A stretch of DNA of 52,355 nt, the filler included, from Squatina squatina (taxonomy: Eukaryota), in NCBI GenBank assembly GCA_031763465.1. It is 3 parts of 3 records of this genome, joined end to end, with 100 filler letters (N's around TTAATTAATTAA, not from the genome) between each part and the next. Parts side by side here need not be neighbours in the genome. Positions count along the whole stretch, not along the records: positions 1 to 15,430 come from JARFOE010000001.1; positions 15,531 to 30,583 come from JARFOE010000058.1; 1 more part is not named here. One strand, given 5' to 3'. Below the pieces are notes generated by a model. It was not told the origin of the DNA and searched no databases. It saw nothing but the letters and a program-made list of their open reading frames with translations. Positions within the stretch are counted from its first letter, which is position 1; each line of letters starts with the position of its first letter. This document shows, piece by piece, positions 11,801-22,835 of this stretch. The position numbers and the translations under genes were made by a program.

Positions 11801-12632
11801 GAAAGGCTTGTCTAGGATTGCAGTATGTCTTATATTGCTATTGAGTGAGGGAAGTTAGCGGCTCTCGGCACCGTGTTGTGTCACGTCAGCCCGCCCGCTG
11901 CATTTCACTCCGCCAGCCCTTCCGATGATGGCTCCATTGCGCAAATTCTGTAATGACAAACACATTGGCGGTGGATGTGGAAGCCATCGGGAGCCTGCGT
12001 CAGAGATTTAAGGAATTTCGAACGGGATACAGGCTTTTTTTTCTGGGAATACTCCGCTGTCCTGGGATCGAGGGTGGCGGAGGGAGAGATTTGGGGATTG
12101 TTCAGGAGCTCTGCCATGCGGATGAATCACGTAAACAGGAAGGAAAGGAGAAGTGTGCCAGGAAAGTTGGACAGTCTGTGAAGTAGGCGATACCGAGGGG
12201 CTTCTGCCAAACTTGCGCTGGGGCGAAAAGAAAAAGTAGCAAAGAGGCTATCGAGGTAGGAGTGAAACAAGTATTTCTTTCAGCTGCCCGAGTCTTGCTT
12301 TGTCTATCCGCTTCTCTCCTCAGCACTTCGCTCTGTTCACTCTCACATCTCACTCTCCGCATCTTTCACTATTTCTTCTAACCCTCTCCTTCATAAAGCC
12401 CTCTCTCCATATCGATGTGTCTGATCAGTAAAACCTGAAGCTTTCCTCCACTTCCACTGTTCCCTCCAACCCCCGCGTTGCCGGATTTTCCCATCCGCTT
12501 CCATCTCTCTTCCCTTTCTCTCTCCTCACTCTNNNNNNNNNNNNNNNNNNNNNNNNNNNNNNNNNNNNNNNNNNNNNNNNNNNNNNNNNNNNNNNNNNNN
12601 NNNNNNNNNNNNNNNNNNNNNNNNNNNNNNNN

Positions 12633-12814
12633 CGGGTGCCCATAGCAACACCTTTAATTTGGAGGAAGTGAGTGGAGTCAAAGGAGAAATTGTTCAATGT
12701 GAGAACAAGCTCAGCCAGGTGGAGGAGGGTGGTGGTTGATCGGGACAGGTTGGGTCTCTGTTCAAGGAAGAAGCAGAGCGCCCTTAGGCGGTCCTGGTGG
12801 GGGATGGAACTGTA
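12633..12814 (-). mobile_element. Penelope-like retroelement RT fragment
   Basis: Translates to YSSIPHQD..LCFFLEQRPN..TTTLLHLAELVLTLNNFSFDSTHFLQIKGVAMGT, containing the PLE RT motifs (LYT/SIP and Q..GVAMG). Confidence 0.88.
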
Positions 12815-15084
12815 CTGACTGTTCACATTTGCTTTGTATTTTGTTTTGACATCGATAACAGTCTTGCAATACTCTACCCATCTAGCTTCACTTTTCTCTG
12901 CAGTGCTGGGCCTTTGTCTAGACCAATGCTCAGATTCAGTTTGCAGAATGTGTAATGTTGCATATATCAAATCTTAACCGGGTAGAGTTACACCAATGGA
13001 AAAACTGACCGTGCCCTTCCTCATCCTTGCAGTAGGCTGTCAACCAACTGATTCCAGCCAGCATTGACATCACAGTCTGCAAATGGTTGAGACTTGTGGT
13101 TGCAGGAATAAGTAAAAAGCCTAAAGAGAAGAAGGACGTGCTGCAAAACCAACTTAGTGTTGTCATCTGTTTTTAATGTGCTGCACTCTATGATAAATTT
13201 TCTCTTCAGCAGTTCCCATTAGCAGAATTGAGCTGATCTTATGCTGCCCAGGACACACACACACACACAAGTAGGGAGAGAGAGTGAGTAAAGCGAGCAA
13301 ATGTATAAATTACCTGGTAGAGTAAAAAGTAATCAGACCAAGCGGGTGATTCCCCACGGAATGCTGAAGAATAACAATCCAGGTCTGAAATATAGCACTG
13401 GCGTCCAGTAGGAATGTGGGTGTTCCTGGCAATGTAAGTGGGGGGTGTGGGTGTGAGAAAAAGAACGAGACACCTTGTGAAACTGATCAATGGACAAATC
13501 TGAGTTTATTTAATTTTCAAACTGTGGCCACATAAGGTATACATCCTTCGCCAGCTGCAATGTTCAAAATCCATGCAGCACATCTCTCATGAGAAGGATT
13601 GCTGGAATGGGCAGATTTCCTTCTGATTTTCTTGGCAGTGCTGCTAATTCCATCAAAACCAGGCTGCTGCGTACCAGTCCGATCAGATCATTCTCTGAAG
13701 GAAAAGGCCAGTTCAGATAAGACCAAGCAGTGCCTGATGATGGGAGACAAGGCAACGACCAAAAAATCAAAGCATCAAAGGACACTGCTCTCAAACGGCC
13801 AAGTGAGATCCAAGTAATTCTCTCATCCCCACTGGGAGGCAGCTCAAGTTGAGATAGCTGACGATTCTCATATCTTTCAAGTCTAGTTGTTATAATAGTA
13901 AATTCACAGTGGTTGGGAATGATTTGCCCTGAAATTGCTGGAATGGTGTGTTTTGGCACACTGTTATTTGGCTTTTTCACCTTCCTGTTCATATCAATCG
14001 ATATTTGCACTGTAATTTGCTGGAACGTCGATCCATCTACGACATGGCAAGGACAATGGTGAATCAGGGACCTTGTGATGGCACAGCCAGTGGCTTACCC
14101 CACAGACCAAACACATAACATTATAAATACTTGAGAACAGATGCCATAAGTTAGATTGAGGACAGTGGTACTGGGAGGTAAGTGAGCTGTAGTTCTAAAA
14201 TCAACCAAACTCAACTGTAAAATGTTAATTAGTTAAAATGTCATTTTAAAGGGCTGTAAAAAGTCTCTAGTGTCTGCACATCCCCATCCTGAGCGCTTCC
14301 CTGATGCTCTGACTGGGCTGAGGCTTCATATCTTTAATAGTCCTTTTATTGGTCTCCCAGACTGGGAGTCATGAGTTGGCCAAAAATCATGTCATTACCA
14401 GGTCACCCACATCAGTATTTTTTAATCTGACTGGCGGTGGTCCTAATAGTGGCGTAAATCCAGCGAATTGGCGATCACCTTTGGCTACAATGGAAAGCTG
14501 AGCGGTACACACCATTAATACAAAATTACTTTCAAGTCTGCAACAAATTCAGGCCCATCCTTTCCTTCCTTCAATAATCTATAGGCTTTTGAAATCCAAG
14601 CTTGTCATCACTACTCGTTGCTTTGCTATGTCTTCGCTTTGTAACTTCATTCAACCTTGTTTTTCCCCAAATTCCTCAATTTAAAAAGAATTAAGTGTGA
14701 ATTTAATATATGTATCTCATTTCTTTTTCAATATTTTTGTGAAGAATTTCAAATACTACTGTTCCAAATTAGAATTGATCAAATGGAGCAGGACAGTCAA
14801 TTCATAGTATTCATGGAATAAAATCTATGCTACCAAAGTCCTCCGGAGATAATCTTCCCTAGCTTACCTCGATTATTGTTTTCTGGTTGACCATTTTCAT
14901 CATTACTTGACTTGTTTGATCTGTTACTTTCCACTGTTAAATCAGAGTCATCTTTTTCTGAAATAAACGAAAGCAAATTGTAAATATTTAATGGTATCTA
15001 TGAGTGCAGTAACAAAGTCTTCAGGGTTCTTGTCATTCTACCATGCATTGGTCCCAAAAAAAATAAATTATCCGATCCTGTACT

Positions 15085-15290
15085 CTCAGTGGGGGACCTC
15101 AGTTGAAAAATGCAGAGGTGGAAGATAAAGCTACAATCATGCCGAAACTCAGCCCCTTTGAGCAAGAGTCCGCATTGGCAGTGCAGGATCTGTGAATCTA
15201 TTCATATTGATGATATTGAGCTTGGCTGTGATGTTTTCCACAGTTGGATAGCTTGCTAATCTTCATTGTCAAGGCTCACACGAATATAAT
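15085..15290 (+). mobile_element. Decayed shark SINE body
   Basis: GAGCTTGGCTGTGATG..CCACAGTT..CATTGTCAAGGCTCACAC is related to the copy at 33690-33852. Confidence 0.45.
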
Positions 15291-15430
15291 GGGCCCTGGT
15301 GAGACCACACTTGGAGTATTATCTAAGCCATATACTTGCCATAGAGGGAGTGCAGCAAAGGTTCACCAGACTGATTCCTGGACTGGAGGGGGGATTGTCC
15401 TATGAGGAGAGATTAAGTAGACTGGGCCTA
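15291..15430 (+). mobile_element. CR1 LINE ORF2 C-terminal fragment
   Basis: Encodes ALVRPHLEY, AIEGVQQRFTRLIPG and LSYEERLSRLGL motifs. Confidence 0.88.
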
Positions 15431-15474
15431 NNNNNNNNNNNNNNNNNNNNNNNNNNNNNNNNNNNNNNNNNNNN

Positions 15475-15486
15475 TTAATTAATTAA
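15475..15486. other. Artificial scaffolding linker TTAATTAATTAA (44 N + 12 nt + 44 N)
   Basis: An exactly centred 12-mer with stops in all six frames. The identical structure recurs at 30628-30639. Confidence 0.9.
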
Positions 15487-15791
15487 NNNNNNNNNNNNNN
15501 NNNNNNNNNNNNNNNNNNNNNNNNNNNNNNCGGTAAGGCAATCGTGGCTGCGCGGTAGGGGTCGATGCGCACTTTTATAGCATCGCACACCGACCCGCCG
15601 CAAAATTCCCCTGGCATGGCATGCCTCGGGAATGCTCGGGGGATTTCCTGGGAGGTGAGATAGCTGCCCCCTGACGCTATTTTTTTCTTTTTGCCCTGCT
15701 CGAGCCCCTCTGAGGTGATAACAGGGCGGGAAAATAGGGGCAGGAAAATAGGGGAATTTCGCTCCCTGTGCCCCTTACAAATATAATATGA

Positions 15792-15878
15792 AACAGCAAT
15801 TTGCATTTACTTAGTGCTTTATCACAAGTTTCAAAGCAATTTACATATAGTTAATTACTTTTTAAGTTCAGTGACTGT
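15792..15878 (-). mobile_element. DeuSINE/SacSINE-like 3' tail fragment
   Basis: AACAGCAATTTGCATTTA..TAGTGCTTT..CAAAGCAATTTACA resembles the L2-type tail of this SINE family in reverse orientation. Confidence 0.5.
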
Positions 15879-18293
15879 CGGTTTTGATATATAACTTTAA
15901 AGTGTATTGTTGATATTGCCTTACTAAGTCTGAGCTTGTGTCTGCTATTTACTGCTGCCCTGTGTTAATATTTTGGCTGATGCAGTTTTCTCAATAATCA
16001 CTGGGCTAAGACAATTTATATTTACTGCTCTCTGGTGCACTGGAGAAGAATCCAAAGACACTTCTATAACTATTATAAGCTGTGAAGCTAATAATAATCA
16101 TAAGGCTTCTTTCCTCAGTTGCCATATCATCAGCCAGTATAAGATGACTCTTTCCCCATGAGACAACTTGTCCAGTCACTGAAGATACATGTGACTGGCT
16201 TTTTTGCTGTATTTGGATGTTTCAAAGCAGTTCTGCGCGTACTGTCTGCTGTCTGAAATGAAAGTCATTTAAAGTGCATTCTCTTTCTGTACTGAAATCA
16301 GTGACAAATTCAATGAGATTTTTTTTAATGTTATGAGTCACGGAACTGTAAATTCATATGAGCTTTTTAATTCACTGGGGGAGTGAATATCTTCTATGAG
16401 AGTGATGGCACTGTAAATTTAATAACTTTTTAAGGTTCATTTAAAATGGGTAGAAAAGAAACAAACAGTACCTATTACGAGACAATATTGCTATTTGATT
16501 TATTTCTCCCTTCCTAAAATATTGATGTCCACTTGGACACTCCAGTTATTGGTGCCTCTATGCCTGACCTAACATCGGAACAAAAAAAAGTAGGGAGCTG
16601 TAGTCAGATCAGATTAGATTTGAATTGGAAATCCAGGANNNNNNNNNNNNNNNNNNNNNNNNNNNNNNNNNNNNNNNNNNNNNNNNNNNNNNNNNNNNNN
16701 NNNNNNNNNNNNNNNNNNNNNNNNNNNNNNNNNNNNNNATCCCAATTTTAGTTGTGCTGCTAACACAGATGTGACATTTAAATTTTGACAGAGAAAGAAT
16801 AAAAATAGAGCTTTTATGCACCCCAAACAATTTTTATAATTACATAATTGTATGGAGGCCTTTTATGTGAAGAAATTAAAATGGTTCCTATTGTTGTTGG
16901 ATATTTTCTTCCATTTGAAGCAATTACTTCCATGCAAATGCAGATAGCTCTCATGCATTGGCTTTCAGCTAATTGCATGGAGCAAAACACTATAATTACA
17001 CGAGACTTTTGTTAGGAGTTTATTCAGCTTTTTGTGACAACTTTTCACCATCTTATAACTAGACCAAGGTACTACAACCTCCTCATGCCAGTAATATCAG
17101 ACTGGTTGAATTATAGGAACAATAGGAAAAGGCGATTGGTCCAAACAAGTCTGTCCTTTTTTGCAAAGATCAACTTTAGCATTGATTCTATTTTCTCTCC
17201 TTCGCCCTCAACGCCTGATTTCTCCAAAGACCTATCTAATTATCTTTGGAACCCATTTCTATTGACTTTTTTTGTTTCAATGGCTTTTCCTTGTAAATTA
17301 TTCCACAACTGTGATATCCCGCTTATTTCCACCTGACTTCTCTCTTCTTACTCCAAATTTCATGAATCCTTAACCCAGAAGTGAACCCAGCCTGCCTGGT
17401 AGTAATGGGGCTAGCAGGTATTTAAAATATCGGGCAGTGGTTTGAGCCACCTTCCTGAAGGGCTCTCGCCCACCACCATTTTTACTTACCAATGAACAGA
17501 AGGGCCACCTGCCCCAAGCAGGAGGGAGCCGACTTTATGTGCAAAAGCCGCAGCCCAATGATATCAACATAACGTGGTTTTTTTTTTTCAAATTGGTGTA
17601 TTTTGTATAAATGGTATTGTTATCTAAATATACAGGCCTCAATGGAGAAAATAATTGTGGCTGGAGCCAATGTCAAGACATTATGTGAGTGATGTGATTG
17701 GTTTGGTTTCTGGCAATTGCTTGATCATGAAAAAAAATAGAGATTTTATTGGTTGGGTTTGTTGGAGTTGCTCGTTGTGATTGGTCACTTTCCTACTCAT
17801 CCATTGGCATGTAATTGGTAGTTTCATATCTGTCTATATCTGAGTGAATTGGTATGGCTAGTTGAACAGAGTGGTTATTTGAGTCAATAAGGTCACTAAG
17901 GTCACACTTGCAATGATGGACACTTTGCATTTATGACACTTTGCAAGTGTGGCAGTTTGAAGTATGGTGTACACTTCCGCACATAACACAAAAGCCTTTA
18001 GTTATATAGACAAAAGAAATAACCCCTCTTAATCTCTGAATACACCTTCTACCTTCTTCCCACCTCTCATATGTGTTCAAATCAAGGCTTATACTTTTGT
18101 CTACTGATCTAACTCATTCATTCCCATGTCTTAAAACTACCGCACTTCTTACCTTCTTCCCTTCCACAAATGACAGGCTTTATAAATTTAGGCGTGGTGT
18201 CACCTAATCACCACATGTTATCTTCTCTCTCAGTTTTACAAACTTGGTGCATTATTGGCTTGACTTAGGGGAAGAACCAATTAAAAATTAGAT

Positions 18294-18442
18294 GGATAGA
18301 TTTTCGACTTCACTGCCTGAGTGGTAATCTGGCGAGGTGGATTATATGCCATTTATTGAACCTGCCTGATTTTGAAATTAATGGGTGCGTGTTCTGCCCC
18401 CACCAGATTAGCACCCAGGCAGTGAAGATAAAAAGACACCCC
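18294..18442. mobile_element. Palindromic MITE
   Basis: CTTCACTGCCTGAGTGGTAATCTGG is inversely matched by CCAGATTAGCACCCAGGCAGTGAAG. Confidence 0.65.
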
Positions 18443-19839
18443 ATATATTTGGCAGTGTTAAATATTATATTCAGCTCATACAGTTGTGTTTAATATTTGC
18501 AGTAACGTTAGGTCATTCCAAATATCTGTCTTTTATCTATTCTGATACATCTTTTTTGAGAAGGGGTAGCAGAGATTTTTTTTTTATTCGGTCCTTGGAT
18601 TTTGACGTCACNNNNNNNNNNNNNNNNNNNNNNNNNNNNNNNNNNNNNNNNNNNNNNNNNNNNNNNNNNNNNNNNNNNNNNNNNNNNNNNNNNNNNNNNN
18701 NNNNNNNNNNNNNNNNNNNNNNNNNNNNNNNNNNNNNNNNNNNNNNNNNNNNNNNNNNNNNNNNNNNNNNNNNNNNNNNNNNNNNNNNNNNNNNNNNNNN
18801 NNNNNNNNNNNNNNNNNNNNNNNNNNNNNNNNNNNNNNNNNNNNNNNNNNNNNNNNNNNNNNNNNNNNNNNNNNNNNNNNNNNNNNNNNNNNNNNNNNNN
18901 NNNNNNNNNNNNNNNNNNNNNNNNNNNNNNNNNNNNNNNNNNNNNNNNNNNNNNNNNNNNNNNNNNNNNNNNNNNNNNNNNNNNNNNNNNNNNNNNNNNN
19001 NNNNNNNNNNNNNNNNNNNNNNNNNNNNNNNNNNNNNNNNNNNNNNNNNNNNNNNNNNNNNNNNNNNNNNNNNNNNNNNNNNNNNNNNNNNNNNNNNNNN
19101 NNNNNNNNNNNNNNNNNNNNNNNNNNNNNNNNNNNNNNNNNNNNNNNNNNNNNNNNNNNNNNNNNNNNNNNNNNNNNNNNNNNNNNNNNNNNNNNNNNNN
19201 NNNNNNNNNNNNNNNNNNNNNNNNNNNNNNNNNNNNNNNNNNNNNNNNNNNNNNNNNNNNNNNNNNNNNNNNNNNNNNNNNNNNNNNNNNNNNNNNNNNN
19301 NNNNNNNNNNNNNNNNNNNNNNNNNNNNNNNNNNNNNNNNNNNNNNNNNNNNNNNNNNNNNNNNNNNNNNNNNNNNNNNNNNNNNNNNNNNNNNNNNNNN
19401 NNNNNNNNNNNNNNNNNNNNNNNNNNNNNNNNNNNNNNNNNNNNNNNNNNNNNNNNNNNNNNNNNNNNNNNGAGATCTTGCCTAATAAATTTACTGGCGC
19501 CCTTTGAGGAAATGACAGACCTACACTGGGATCCCGCGATTCACGGAGTCCAGATCGTAGGACCGCGTTATGGGTGGACCGCGTTAAAACAAGATCGGGC
19601 ACTTGGACTGCGGTGACACCACTACTGCCGAGGTCGGACACTAGGACCGTGCTGAAACCGCTACTGCCGATTTAAAGGATTAGATTTCAGGCTGAGACCT
19701 TATTTGATCATCAGCATGGCTCCTGTAGTAAACTATTCAAAAAATGCACAATACTCTTAAAATCGCAAATGTTGTTTTGGGTCTTTTCAGTTACAGAGGC
19801 CAAATCATTGTATGAACCAGTGCCTACAGGGGCACAGGA

Positions 19840-19861
19840 TGCTGCTGCTGCTGCTGCTGCT
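19840..19861. repeat. (CTG)n microsatellite
   Basis: About 7 tandem TGC/CTG units. Confidence 0.9.
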
Positions 19862-20017
19862 CCTCAGAGTCGGTCCTCAAGGTATTAAAGCCCAAGCCAT
19901 GGAGTGTTCTACAGTATTACATGGGATACTGCGCACCATGAATTTAACGGTACTGCACATGATGGTGTTGTGTAAACGGAGAGCACTGTGGAACTCCTCA
20001 CCTTCCTCAAGCTCTCC

Positions 20018-20205
20018 AGCAACATCAGGTCGGCAGGGCCCAGAGGCAAGGTTTGCCGGGAGGGGTGTGCATAAGTTCACGGAGGGAAAATGACGATCAA
20101 TCGGCAGGAAGGGAGAGCAACATCAGGTCGGCAGGACCCAGAGACAAGTTCATGGGGAGTGGGGTGCGCAAGTTCGCGCATGGCGATCGGTCGGCAGGGA
20201 GGGAG
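20018..20205. repeat. Diverged two-copy tandem repeat, unit starts 98 bp apart
   Basis: AGCAACATCAGGTCGGCAGG.CCCAGAG.CAAG occurs at 20018 and 20116, and both units end TCGGCAGG.AGGGAG. Confidence 0.85.
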
Positions 20206-20239
20206 ATCACTCCGGGTCATACCTCATCTTACACTCGAG

Positions 20240-20760
20240 TGTAATAAGGAAAGTTAACCAGATCTTGAACTGTATAGCCAGTAGGATCAAGCACAAATCT
20301 ATCCAGGAGGCAAAAATGGGTCTGTTCAAGGCACTACTACAGCCATGGCTGGAATACTGTGTACAGTTAATGGTTGCCAGACGACTGCAATGACAATTGT
20401 GCATCAGAGGTAGTGCAGTAAAGGACACCCATTCCAATACATAACTTAAAGCCTCTGAGCTGTGAGAGGGGGTGGAAACTTAAAGATGTGTGATTGTTTA
20501 CTCTGGAAAAGTAAAGGCTCAGGGGACATATTATTCCAGTACCCATGGGTGTAGATAAGGTGGGCTCTGCTAACATGTTTGAGATTGCCTCAAACTTTAG
20601 AGCAAGCTTAGAAAAAAGATTTACAGACAATTTAGATTTAACTACTTAATGCATAAAAGGCAGATATAATGGAAAAATGCAAGGAAGAGCAGGATGGATA
20701 TTTGAGGGAGTGGACAATTAAGGGGCATGAATTTTTGAGTTGACCAGATTTACTGCAGAT
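20240..20760 (+). mobile_element. Old CR1 LINE 3' fragment
   Basis: Decayed remnants KVNQILNCIASRIK, LFKALLQPWLEYCVQ and LFTLEK*RLRGH. Confidence 0.75.
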
Positions 20761-21939
20761 TCTTTTCCTGTGAGATACTTTCCTATGCCACTATTACTTG
20801 GAGTGAAAAACAAAAATAAGGAATCCTTTCATTAAATATATCATGAGGANNNNNNNNNNTTTTTACCATAATTGGACATTTTGTGAGCAAACAGTTTTGT
20901 CAGTAAGTCGTGAGGAAGAAAATCTTCTTGTTTGAGTCAGACTGAAAGCTTCATGATTTGCAAAAAAAAAAGCCTTCTGATAAACAGCATTCATGCAAGC
21001 TAATTTATTCATAGGCATATGCCCATTCAGTTTGAGAAATATGGATTTCAAAGTAAATGCATGTTGTAATGCAATTTACATCTTCATATCTAACAACTTC
21101 ATTGTCTTTGATTAATTAATCAAAGTGAGGATTGTGATGNNNNNNNNNNNNNNNNNNNNNNNNNNNNNNNNNNNNNNNNNNNNNNNNNNNNNNNNNNNNN
21201 NNNNNNNNNNNNNNNNNNNNNNNNNNNNNNNNNNNNNNNTTGCAGCCTGTCTTATACAGGTCTGTTCAGTTTTTTTTCCTCTTGAACTCCGCAGCCATAT
21301 TCTAAAGCCTGTAACAATTTTCCTATAATAAAAATGTAAATATTTCCATTTAATCATTTTGATGGTGCAGGTCCACACTGAATTCTGCATGTTAAGCAGG
21401 TGGCATATTTCAGAATGGTTTTAATCATATGGAAATCCGAGCAAACTCTCACAATCACAGTAATAATCTCTGTGATAAATCTCACTCATCAGACCATGCT
21501 TCGAATGCTGGATATAGTAGTTAGATTAATAATTTGGAACTCCACGTCTCCTGTGAATTTTAGTCCTGCATAATCATTACTTATGTTCTTCAGTTGAATA
21601 TATTCCTATTTCTGCTCTGATAACCAGAGATTAATATGAGAGACACAAAAGCACAGTGGAGTTTGACAGTGTTTATCTAAACTCACTGTTGAGAGACAAA
21701 TGAGTCAGTCACATTTGTTTAATATATTTATTCCAAATGCAAAAGCTTGGATAACGAGTTTTTCCACAAAAACAATTTCTTAATGAAGATTTGAGTAATG
21801 TACTGGCATTTCTCCAACATATATTGACTAATGACATGATAAAATAATTTGTCTGCATTAATCTTTGACCTATGCAGATCATTACCCCACAGCAATGCTG
21901 CAAGTTATTATCAAAAGATATTGTGCATAGATTTGAATT

Positions 21940-21970
21940 ATTATATATATATATATATATATATGTATAT
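21940..21970. repeat. (TA)n microsatellite
   Basis: Direct TA run. Confidence 0.9.
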
Positions 21971-22111
21971 GTCTGACTTTATTTGGCAATTTTATTCTCT
22001 CCTCTGCTGGGAGATGGCTCCACGAGCTCCAGCAGCACTCCAGTATCATGTTCAAGTGGCCACTCCTCGGTGATTTTTTTTTTGGCAAGCTATTTGATCG
22101 CAAAAGACACT

Positions 22112-22835
22112 GGGCCTGAAATTGCAGCCCCTGCGGATGTGTATGACGTGCGCACGCGCCCATAGTGTGAAGCACATGTGCCTAAACTTGGAACTTGCGA
22201 TCTGTCAAGATTTCTCTTAACATATCATCTGCATCTGAAAGGAAAGGGCCTGTGCGGGCGGGGCGTTTNNNNNNNNNNNNNNNNNNNNNNNNNNNNNNNN
22301 NNNNNNNNNNNNNNNNNNNNNNNNNNNNNNNNNNNNNNNNNNNNNNNNNNNNNNNNNNNNNNNNNNNNTTTAAAAAACGTTAAAATAAAAAAAAATCAAT
22401 GGTGCATTACTTTAAACCCTTCCCATTAAGGTAAGTATGTTTGTAACATTTTGAAAGATTTTTTTTAATTTCAAAAAAAAGTTACCTTATTTATCTCCTT
22501 TTTATTAAACTTTAGTGTTAGAATAGTTTTTAACATGTTTTTGGATGTGTTGGTGTAGTTTTTCATCTCTCATTCAAGCTTTGACAGATCTGTCAGAACT
22601 GTCAAAGTTTGAATGAGTGATACTGCTACCTGATTGGTTGGGGCCTCCCATGTGACCTCTCCAGGACTTACCTGTGAAAGAGAAGAGCTCTGATCTGAAT
22701 ACCCAGCTGTGGGAGAAGAAAATCACAAGCTCACATAGATCCAGNNNNNNNNNNGGACTGTCAGGTAAGTTCGTAGACATTTTTGCGATTGGAGGCAACC
22801 GCACGCAGGAAGCCTCCGACTGCAAATTCAGAGCC
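22112..22835. mobile_element. TIR-bounded non-autonomous DNA element (possibly PIF/Harbinger-type), spans two gaps
   Basis: The left end GGGCCTGAAATTGCAG matches the right end CTGCAAATTCAGAGCC. Similar GGG(N)4AA(A/T)TT ends occur at about 14545, 19685, 27782 and 47663. Confidence 0.55.

Noticed and set aside
11921-11980. SECIS-like ATGA..AAA..GA pattern
   Set aside because: Helix II pairing and spacing do not fit, and there is no selenoprotein context.
12046-12093. GILRC..GRDL resemblance to URAD/PRHOXNB (GILRCHPDLAGRDL), a ParaHox neighbour gene
   Set aside because: The match is short and gapped with no further similarity or acceptor AG, and strand and position do not fit the expected synteny. 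An HMM search would settle it.
13564-14010. 148-aa minus-strand ORF
   Set aside because: Non-ATG start, no recognisable homology and no clear splice context.
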